The notes under the pieces: model-generated
Told to the model about the DNA's origin: nothing
Seen by the model: only the letters and a program-made list of their open reading frames with translations
Databases searched by the model: none
Translations under genes and position numbers: made by a program
Assembly: GCA_964511305.1 (NCBI GenBank)
Contig: CAZEEU010000001.1
Location: forward strand, 53,957-117,956
Direction of reading: 5' to 3'
Length of the DNA stretch: 64,000 bases
Source of the DNA: an uncultured Gammaproteobacteria bacterium
GTDB lineage: Bacteria; Patescibacteriota; Microgenomatia; Levybacterales; GWA1-39-11
Part shown: positions 10,583 through 18,408 of the stretch, piece by piece
Layout: each line of letters opens with the position of its first letter
Numbering within the stretch: position 1 is the stretch's first letter

Positions 10583-11428
10583 ATGAAAACTATTCCATCT
10601 ACTATTTACAACAAGGCTTACTATACAGAAGTTTGCTTAGGTTCTTCCGAATTCAATAAAACAAACGGAAAGACTTTAGCCCCCGAGGTTAAAATGCTTA
10701 TTCGTGAAATTGATATCAAAAAAACAGATGTTGTTCTTGATATAGGATGTGGCCGCGGAGATATAACAATTCATATTGGCACAAAAGCCAAAATGTCAAT
10801 TGGAATTGATTATTCAAAAGACGGTATTTCTCTTGCAAAAAAAGCTAAAAGCTCTTTTCCACAAGAAGTCCAAAAGAAAATAAAATTTTTTGAAATGAAT
10901 GCAACCAAACTTAAATTTACTGATAATTATTTTGACAAAGTCGTTGCAATTGATGTGCTAGAACATTTGAATAAGCAGGAAGTTAAAAAAATGATGAAAG
11001 AGATAAAAAGAGTTCTAAAACCCAATGGAGTATTTTTTGCACATACCGGAACTAATAAAATTCTTCATGAATATACATATCCATTATATATACGTCCATT
11101 CAATATGGTAATTCGCTTCCTGGATCGCGTACTTCTAAGTAAAAATTATGATCCACTTCCCAAAGATCCGCGAACTGACGCAGAACACGCACAACATATA
11201 AATGAGCCGACATATTTTTATCTAAAAGATTTATTCCAAAATTACAAATTCGCAGGAACAATTAAAACAAGGGTTGGGTATATTAAAGATAGCAGAACCA
11301 CAAAGCATCTTTTATATAATTTTATATCGGTATTCTATCCACTCTCAAAGTATTTCCCCTTAAATATTCTTTTTGGGTGGGCTTTTATATGCACTATGAA
11401 GAATATTAAACCTGCATCAAACGCTTAA
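10583..11428 (+). CDS. class I SAM-dependent methyltransferase
   Basis: Motif I VLDIGCGRGD and the post-I acidic residue pattern (AIDVLEH) of the Methyltransf_11/23 type. Confidence 0.65.
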   Translation: MKTIPSTIYNKAYYTEVCLGSSEFNKTNGKTLAPEVKMLIREIDIKKTDVVLDIGCGRGDITIHIGTKAKMSIGIDYSKDGISLAKKAKSSFPQEVQKKIKFFEMNATKLKFTDNYFDKVVAIDVLEHLNKQEVKKMMKEIKRVLKPNGVFFAHTGTNKILHEYTYPLYIRPFNMVIRFLDRVLLSKNYDPLPKDPRTDAEHAQHINEPTYFYLKDLFQNYKFAGTIKTRVGYIKDSRTTKHLLYNFISVFYPLSKYFPLNILFGWAFICTMKNIKPASNA

Positions 11429-12329
11429 TTGTCCCGAAGGAAGTACCCAAAATAACAAAAAAATCCGAAACTACTTGAAGTAATGGCAAATATAAAAATG
11501 CCAATGGATGTTTTATATATTTGTAATTTTTAAGAATTGACCAGAGGAAGTACATTAACGCAATTAAAATCAGAAAATAATAAATACCACTATTTCTTGT
11601 AACAATTAGAATTAGTACTAGAAATGCTAAAAAAATATAACGACCAAACAAGAGAGGCGTTTGGGCTCTATAGTAACCTGCCATTCCATCACCCAATGCG
11701 TAATTAAAGAATTGCATTGCTGCAGCCATAATTGATTCTCGTTGGGGCCAATATACAACTGCATTTTTTACGACAATAAATTTTAATCCCACCATTTTTA
11801 ACTTTTTTGCAAAAACTAAATCCTCACAAGTATCAAGATTTTCTGGATAACCACCAACCGTCTCCCATGAAATTTTTTTAAATGCAACTGACCGCGATGA
11901 AGGAAGAAAATTTTCCGTTACTTTTTCAAGTGGAACACAGGTATATGTTGCTAATGATTTTTCAAATACATTATTAGTTGTTGGTTTGTAAAACCCTGCC
12001 GCAACATCATATCCTTTTTTGAAAGGTGCCGTTATTCTTTCAAGCCAATGTTTTTCAAGAATACATCCTACATCAGTAACGGCTATTATATTGCTCGTTG
12101 CATTTTTTATTGCAAAATTTCGTCCTACAGATCGATTACCCTTGTGTATAAAAAGTTTTAATGGAAGTTTTTTACTATAATTTTTTATGATAGCAACTGT
12201 TTTATCTTTTGATCCTGCATCAACAATTACTAATTCAAATGGTTTTTGGGTTTGATTAACAATTGAATCAAGAAATTTTTCTATTGAATCTTCTTCGTTA
12301 AATACTGTTGTAATAAGTGCGACATTCAT
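11406..12329 (-). CDS. GT2 family glycosyltransferase with C-terminal TM anchor
   Basis: N-terminus MNVALITTVFNEE...VIVDAGSKD is a GT-A fold. DxD-like CED motif present. Two C-terminal TM helices. Confidence 0.7.
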   Translation of the reverse strand: MNVALITTVFNEEDSIEKFLDSIVNQTQKPFELVIVDAGSKDKTVAIIKNYSKKLPLKLFIHKGNRSVGRNFAIKNATSNIIAVTDVGCILEKHWLERITAPFKKGYDVAAGFYKPTTNNVFEKSLATYTCVPLEKVTENFLPSSRSVAFKKISWETVGGYPENLDTCEDLVFAKKLKMVGLKFIVVKNAVVYWPQRESIMAAAMQFFNYALGDGMAGYYRAQTPLLFGRYIFLAFLVLILIVTRNSGIYYFLILIALMYFLWSILKNYKYIKHPLAFLYLPLLQVVSDFFVILGTSFGTIKRLMQV

Positions 12330-12356
12330 AAATTTTGTTAGTATATAATACCACCA

Positions 12357-14066
12357 ATGATTGATCCTCAGAAGTTAATTGCGACAAGCATTTCTGTTTT
12401 TATAGTTTTTTTAACAATTGCTTTTCTTATTAGAAAGAAAGAAAAGTTTGGTTTGTATTTTGTGATACTCGCATCACTACTACCTCTTATTTCTTTATTA
12501 AGAAAAGGAGTCCATCAAAGTGGAGATTTTGCTATAAATATTTCCAAAGCATATGATTTATGGAATTCACTGTCGTACGGAATTTTTCCGGTCCACTGGG
12601 CATCAATACTTAATGCAACTTATGGATATCCACTTTTCCTTTTTACTTACCCATTGCCATATTACGCCATAGCACTTCCTAAGTTTTTGGGGATATCCTT
12701 TATCGCCAGTGAAAAATTCTGGATAGCTGTAGTATTTATCCTTTCTGGAATTGGCATGTATCTACTTCTCAAGCAGTTCTTGAACAGAAACAGTAGCTCA
12801 CTTGGAGCCATACTATATTTATTTGCACCATATCACTTGGTTGATATGCACTTTCGCATAGCACTTGGTGAACTTTTTGCTTTCGCATTTCTTCCTTTTG
12901 TTTTTTACTCGATATTTAAGATAAAAACAAATGCTTCAAGAAGATACATAACGCTTCTATTTGTAGCTTACTTTTGTCTTATGCTATCACATCAAGCAGC
13001 AACTCTAATAGCAACTCCATTTATAATCATCACGCCCCTATTTCTTACCATTAATAAAAAAAAGCTGCTTCATATATATATAGCTTTATTTTGTGCTTTT
13101 TTGGCATCAAGTTTTTACTGGCTACCCGTTCTCGAGGGTACTGCTCATACCCTACAGGTCGAATTTGCCAAAAGTATATCTTTTGAAGATCCGAAACTCT
13201 ACTTTATCTCCCCTTGGCGATTCGGCTTCCTTTACCAAGGTCCTGTAGGGCAATTATCTTTCCCAATGGGCTTTGTGCAAATTATCCTTACAGTTTTTCT
13301 TACGGTAAGCCTAATGAAAGACAAAGTAAATAAGAGGCTTAAGAAAATTTCCTTCATTCTTCTTTTGATTTTGTGGTTTTTCGTTTTTTTACTCTTCCCA
13401 TTCTCTGATTTTTTATGGAAAAAGCTTCCCCTCATGACCAACTTTCAGTTTTCGTACCGCATGATGCTGCCAATTTCCTTTATTTTAGCCATAATTGGGG
13501 CTATATCAGTTGACAAAATTAAAAACAGCAAGGTAGTCTACTTGATTGCAATAGTGGCTATGCTTCTTACAATTCTTAATTGGGGAACGCGAGCAATGCT
13601 AACTGATATTACGGATTCTTACCTCATGCACCATGCCCCTCTAACAACTGCCGAGGCAGAAGGACTTCAGCCTGCAGCGCCAATTAACAGAAATTTGCAT
13701 AACATTTGGGAAAAAACACCCCCAATAAGCCCTCTTGAGGTAGAAAATGGTCTTGCAACAGTAAGTGTTATATCAAAAACCCCAACAAAACATATATACC
13801 TACTTAATGTCGCAAAAAAGTCAGCGTTTGTGGAAAATACGTATTATTTCCCCGGGTGGAACCTTTATGTAAATGGCAAAAAACACCATTTTACCTATAT
13901 TGATTCTCAAAAGTCTGATAAAATCCGGTTTGTCCTTTTGCCTGGAGAATATGACGTGTTGCTATCTTTTGAGGCTACACCAATTATAAAATTTGCAAAT
14001 ATACTAAGTATTTTGGGTATCATCATGCTTTCTTCTTACTTAATAATTCCCCAAAGGCGTAAATAG
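12357..14066 (+). CDS. YfhO-like polytopic membrane protein (paralog of 2219-4930)
   Basis: 569 aa, multi-TM. C-terminal extracytoplasmic segment carries YYFPGWNLYVNGK, then a final TM helix. Confidence 0.5.
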   Translation: MIDPQKLIATSISVFIVFLTIAFLIRKKEKFGLYFVILASLLPLISLLRKGVHQSGDFAINISKAYDLWNSLSYGIFPVHWASILNATYGYPLFLFTYPLPYYAIALPKFLGISFIASEKFWIAVVFILSGIGMYLLLKQFLNRNSSSLGAILYLFAPYHLVDMHFRIALGELFAFAFLPFVFYSIFKIKTNASRRYITLLFVAYFCLMLSHQAATLIATPFIIITPLFLTINKKKLLHIYIALFCAFLASSFYWLPVLEGTAHTLQVEFAKSISFEDPKLYFISPWRFGFLYQGPVGQLSFPMGFVQIILTVFLTVSLMKDKVNKRLKKISFILLLILWFFVFLLFPFSDFLWKKLPLMTNFQFSYRMMLPISFILAIIGAISVDKIKNSKVVYLIAIVAMLLTILNWGTRAMLTDITDSYLMHHAPLTTAEAEGLQPAAPINRNLHNIWEKTPPISPLEVENGLATVSVISKTPTKHIYLLNVAKKSAFVENTYYFPGWNLYVNGKKHHFTYIDSQKSDKIRFVLLPGEYDVLLSFEATPIIKFANILSILGIIMLSSYLIIPQRRK

Positions 14067-15061
14067 ACTAAAAGCACTTCTTCCCAGGTATTTTTCTTTG
14101 CCCACTGATATTCTGCCTCAATAGCACTAGTATTTGGGCCGTTTTTAATACTTAAATCAATAAATCTAACAATATCTTCTGAATTTTTTGCAACCGTAAC
14201 ATACTTACTAAAAGGAGACATCGTAAGATAATCCTTTTTTACAGGGTCAGAATATACCGCAACGACCTCTTTTCTTTGAATCATAGCCTCAAGCATTGAA
14301 AGATAACGAGAAACAAAAACAAATCTGTGCTGCTCGAGTAATTCTTCGACGTTAGGTTCAAAATTCATATAAATTACGTCCTTTGGCAATCTATTTCTAA
14401 GCGGTCCATCACCTACGACAGTTAATTTGAACTTAGGAAACTTCTTTTTTAGAGCTTTATATGCCGAAATATATTCAAGTATTCCAGTTTGAGACTCGAG
14501 TCTTCCAAAAAAAATAGCTGACTGGTTATTTTTAGGAATATTTTTTTCTCTAATTCTCACGCCTCCATAACTTACGTATGTTGGCTGAGCGTTATACCAT
14601 TTCCTCATAAAGTCTCCGATGCATATTGTGCCACTTGAAAGATACTCGGTTATCTTTCTTACAAAAATCCATTTCTTTTTTATAGGATACCCCTCGTATC
14701 CATGAAAGGTAGTAAATATTTTCCCTTTTGGCAAGAATAGTCGAAGCGGTAAGATCCAAAAGAATACGTCATGAATGTGAATGATTTGCGCTTTTAAAAA
14801 GAGGTCTTGATGTGCCAGTACCCACCTCCATATTAAAAACTTTTTTAGAGATGAATTACTTCCTACTGGAATACGAAAAATCTCAATTCCATCATGAGTA
14901 TCAGTAAGGCTTAAGTGGGAATCAAATTGCTCTGTAACAACAACCACCTTGTAGCCCTTCTTGATAAGCATTTGGGATAGGAAATACACATGCTTCTCGA
15001 CACCCCCTATATGAGGGTGATATAATCTAGTCAAGAAAAGAATTGTTTGCCTCTGTTTCAA
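14036..15061 (-). CDS. GT4-like glycosyltransferase
   Basis: N-terminal Glyco_trans_4-like region (HIGGVEKHVYFLS) with GT-B fold organisation. The C-terminal EX7E motif is degenerate. The 3' end overlaps the convergent YfhO-like gene by 31 nt. Confidence 0.45.
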   Translation of the reverse strand: MKQRQTILFLTRLYHPHIGGVEKHVYFLSQMLIKKGYKVVVVTEQFDSHLSLTDTHDGIEIFRIPVGSNSSLKKFLIWRWVLAHQDLFLKAQIIHIHDVFFWILPLRLFLPKGKIFTTFHGYEGYPIKKKWIFVRKITEYLSSGTICIGDFMRKWYNAQPTYVSYGGVRIREKNIPKNNQSAIFFGRLESQTGILEYISAYKALKKKFPKFKLTVVGDGPLRNRLPKDVIYMNFEPNVEELLEQHRFVFVSRYLSMLEAMIQRKEVVAVYSDPVKKDYLTMSPFSKYVTVAKNSEDIVRFIDLSIKNGPNTSAIEAEYQWAKKNTWEEVLLVYLRLWGIIK

Positions 15062-15289
15062 TTTGATATATTTAATATTAGTTTGATATATTTATAATAT
15101 TTCACTTTGGATTGATTTGACGGGCCGATTTAAATCCAGATTCAATTTAGCACTTAGTATGTTTGAGTGCTAAAAGATCATTCTGTGAACTCATTTTTTG
15201 TATTGTACCAGAAAAAATACGGTTTCATTGACAAAAAACAACAAGCCCCCCACAATTGAGAAAGCAGACGCATAAAAAGGACTTGAAAT

Positions 15290-15853
15290 ATGGAGCTTTT
15301 TAAAAAACTTTACTATATAATTTTTGATCTTGTTCAAACACTCGTTATAGCGGGCGCAATTTTTGTAGTTATATACGCTTTTCTCTTCCGTCCTTACCAG
15401 GTAAATGGCCATTCTATGGACCCTACTTTCCAGAACGGCGAATATGTCCTAACCAATCTAATATCATTGAGGTTTGAGGATCTAAAACGTGGGGATATTA
15501 TCGTATTCCATGCACCACCCGATAAAGATAAAGACTATATTAAAAGAATTATAGGACTACCAGGGGATAGAGTAAAACTTCTTGGTGGACAAGTCTATCT
15601 CAATGGGACAAAGTTGGATCAGACATCTTTTCTGGCATCTACCGTCAGAACGAATAGCGGAAATTTCTTAGGAGAGGGAGACGAAGTCATAGTTCCGGAA
15701 GGTCAGTACTTCACAATGGGAGATAACAGGGAATTCAGCTCTGATTCGAGAGAATGGGGTTTTGTAACAAAACAAGCAGTAATTGGTAAGTCATTCTTCG
15801 TTTATTGGCCTCTAAATAGAATGAGGGTAGTCAAACACACAGAAATCCAATAA
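15290..15853 (+). CDS. lepB: signal peptidase I
   Basis: S26 motifs GHSMDPTF (Ser box), KRIIGLPGD and GDNREFSSDSREWGFV. N-terminal TM anchor. Confidence 0.8.
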   Translation: MELFKKLYYIIFDLVQTLVIAGAIFVVIYAFLFRPYQVNGHSMDPTFQNGEYVLTNLISLRFEDLKRGDIIVFHAPPDKDKDYIKRIIGLPGDRVKLLGGQVYLNGTKLDQTSFLASTVRTNSGNFLGEGDEVIVPEGQYFTMGDNREFSSDSREWGFVTKQAVIGKSFFVYWPLNRMRVVKHTEIQ

Positions 15854-15893
15854 AAATTGCAATTTGGGCCGTTTTTAAGCCCTACAGAGGGTA

Positions 15894-16718
15894 TTATTCA
15901 ATTTCAAGAAGACGAGAATAAATTCTTTTTAACTCTTCCCCAGTCCTATCTTCAGATCCCTTGATCGTAATAACGATCTTACCTAGTGCTCTTGACTGGT
16001 CAAATTTAACATTCCAACCATATTTTTCACCTAATGTCTTAGCCATTTCATCTTGTTCTGGGATGTAAATCTTGTCACTCTTCTTTTGAGGCTCTTTCTT
16101 CTGGATTTCAGCCTTAACTTGTCTTGCAACGTCCTCAGCTCCGCGAACTGAAATTCCCTCAACAAGAATTTTTTTAAATGCAGCAAGCATTAATTTAGGA
16201 TCTCCAATGGAAATAAGTGGTCTAACGTGACCTTCTGTTATTACTCCAGCAGCTAATGCGTCTTTGATTGCGTCGGGGAGAGTTAAGAGTCTTATTGTAT
16301 TTGAGATATAAGGCAATGATTTACCAACTCGTTTTGCAACCTCAGTAACTGAAAGATTAAATTCATCAATGAGACGCTTATATGCTTGTGCGCGCTCTAT
16401 TGGATTCAAATCTTCACGCTGAACATTCTCAACGATAGACATTTCAAGCATTTGTTGAGGAGTGGTTTTTTTAACAACAACAGGAACTCTCGCAAGTCCC
16501 AATATTTTTGCCGCTCTCCAACGTCTTTCACCAGCAATTATCTGATAACCTGCAGGTGTCTCAGCAACTACAATAGGCTCAAGAATACCCTGCTCACGAA
16601 TTGAGTTAACAAGATCGGTTAATGATTCGGGTGAAATTAGTCCTCTAGGTTGAAGTGGGTTTGGTTGCAGGAGAGATAAATCCAGTTCGACAATAGACAT
16701 TGTCATTCGATCGTCCAT
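15894..16718 (-). CDS. parB: chromosome partitioning protein ParB/Spo0J
   Basis: ParB box GERRWRAAKILGL, an HTH, and a C-terminal dimerisation region. Confidence 0.85.
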   Translation of the reverse strand: MDDRMTMSIVELDLSLLQPNPLQPRGLISPESLTDLVNSIREQGILEPIVVAETPAGYQIIAGERRWRAAKILGLARVPVVVKKTTPQQMLEMSIVENVQREDLNPIERAQAYKRLIDEFNLSVTEVAKRVGKSLPYISNTIRLLTLPDAIKDALAAGVITEGHVRPLISIGDPKLMLAAFKKILVEGISVRGAEDVARQVKAEIQKKEPQKKSDKIYIPEQDEMAKTLGEKYGWNVKFDQSRALGKIVITIKGSEDRTGEELKRIYSRLLEIE

Positions 16719-16730
16719 AATAAGTCAATA

Positions 16731-16976
16731 CTATACTACTTCTATTATTTTTTTTCCACGGGCAATTTTAAACTGGACAGTCCCGTCAGATATAGCATAA
16801 ATCGTATAATCCTTACCCATACTTGCTCCTATTCCAGGATGAAAGTTGGTGCCTTTTTGTCTGACAATGATATTGCCATTAATAACTTTTTCTCCTCCAT
16901 ATTTCTTAACGCCTAAGCGCTTTGCAATGGAGTCTTTATTTCCTTTGACGGATCCAGCTGACTTTGTATGTGCCAT
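16731..16976 (-). CDS. rpmA: 50S ribosomal protein L27
   Basis: MAHTKSAGSVKGNKDS...IIVRQKGTNFHPG matches the L27 family N-terminus. Confidence 0.9.
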   Translation of the reverse strand: MAHTKSAGSVKGNKDSIAKRLGVKKYGGEKVINGNIIVRQKGTNFHPGIGASMGKDYTIYAISDGTVQFKIARGKKIIEVV

Positions 16977-17300
16977 TTATTCTTTTCCTCCTTTAATTCC
17001 AGTTATCTCTATTTTTGTGAGTTGTGACCTAAAACCTGTTGCTCTTCTAAATTTTGCTTTTGCCTTAAATTTTGCGACTCTTACTTTATCTCCTTTTGTT
17101 TGAGCAATGATTTTTGCAGTTACAACTGCACCTTTAACGATAGGCATTCCTACCACAAATTTATCTCCATCTCCCGTGAGAAGCACTTCATCAAAGGATA
17201 AGATTGCTCCATCTTCTCCCTCAATTTTGTCCACTTCGAGAACAAGTCCCGGTGTTACCTTGTATTGTTTGCCTGACGCTTTAATAACTGCAAAATTCAT
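16977..17300 (-). CDS. rplU: 50S ribosomal protein L21
   Basis: MNFAVIKASGKQYKV... matches the L21 family. Its start abuts the rpmA stop, the conserved rplU-rpmA arrangement. Confidence 0.85.
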   Translation of the reverse strand: MNFAVIKASGKQYKVTPGLVLEVDKIEGEDGAILSFDEVLLTGDGDKFVVGMPIVKGAVVTAKIIAQTKGDKVRVAKFKAKAKFRRATGFRSQLTKIEITGIKGGKE

Positions 17301-17325
17301 AACGACATGTATTGTACCAGAAATA

Positions 17326-18408
17326 TCAGGTAATTTCTAGAGTTTGAAGCTTTTTATTTTCATAACCAATTGAAGAGACTATTCCAAGCAGTATAAAACT
17401 AGTAATTAATGAGCTTCCCCCATACGAAACTAGAGGCAAAGTTACTCCAATAATTGGCATAATTCCCATATTCATACCGATGTTAGTAATCGTCTGGGTA
17501 AGCAGAATAAAGAATATACCAATAACAATCAAATATGCATAAGGGTCATCAAGCCTTTGGGCAATTTTATAAATTCTATAGAGCAGAAAAAATAATAAGC
17601 AAATAATACTAAGTCCTCCTAAAAATCCTAACCCTTCTGAAATTGATGCAAAAATAAAATCCGTTTGTCTCTCGGGTAAAAACCTAAGAACAGACTGTGT
17701 CCCCTCCCCTAATCCTTTACCAAAAAACCCTCCGCTTCCAATCGAAATAAGTGATTGGATGGCGTTATAAGATGAACCAGAAGGATCAGAAGTCAAATTA
17801 AATAGCGTCGTTAAACGCTCTTTTTGGTAAGGTCGTAAGAATTGATAGATGATTGGCATTGGCAAAATAGCGCATATCACAGAGAAAATATAGTAATACA
17901 ACGGAAATCCATACATTAAAAGCATACCTACAAATGAGGCAAGATACATAAGTGCAGTACCGGTATCAGGTTGACGCATTATCAAAAAGAAAATTGGAAC
18001 AGTTAAAAGGATAGACAGTGGGTATTTTAGAATGTTGGGATATTTTGAAAAAGAAAGAAAATGAGCAACAACAATGATAAAAAATGGCTTTAAAAATTCT
18101 TCAACCTGTATTCTGACCCCAAATAATTCAAGCCAGCTTTTTGAACCATTTACAATGGTGCCAAAGGTTAGCACTACTAAAAAGCCCGCAATAATAAAAG
18201 CATACAGTTGTTTTGGATAGAGAGCAAAGAATTTATAATCAATACTCAAAAATAAGAAATATAAAAAAACACCTGCTACAAGGAAAAGTGCCTGCTGCCT
18301 AAAATAAAGAATATCAATTGAAAATAGCGTTGAAAGGCTTATCGCAACTAACAAAACAGCAGGAATCAACAGTGAGAAATCCACTCTGTGGATCGAAAAG
18401 CGATTCAT
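17326..18408 (-). CDS. rodA: SEDS family peptidoglycan glycosyltransferase (RodA/FtsW-like)
   Basis: 10 TM helices and the PERQTDFIFASISEGLGFLG SEDS signature. The second SEDS protein in the dcw cluster is the likelier FtsW. Confidence 0.65.
   Translation of the reverse strand: MNRFSIHRVDFSLLIPAVLLVAISLSTLFSIDILYFRQQALFLVAGVFLYFLFLSIDYKFFALYPKQLYAFIIAGFLVVLTFGTIVNGSKSWLELFGVRIQVEEFLKPFFIIVVAHFLSFSKYPNILKYPLSILLTVPIFFLIMRQPDTGTALMYLASFVGMLLMYGFPLYYYIFSVICAILPMPIIYQFLRPYQKERLTTLFNLTSDPSGSSYNAIQSLISIGSGGFFGKGLGEGTQSVLRFLPERQTDFIFASISEGLGFLGGLSIICLLFFLLYRIYKIAQRLDDPYAYLIVIGIFFILLTQTITNIGMNMGIMPIIGVTLPLVSYGGSSLITSFILLGIVSSIGYENKKLQTLEIT

Noticed and set aside
15062-15289. TTGACA at 15229 as a lepB promoter
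   Set aside because: No acceptable -10 hexamer sits at 16-18 nt spacing (cacaat). I could not support a promoter call beyond general AT-richness.
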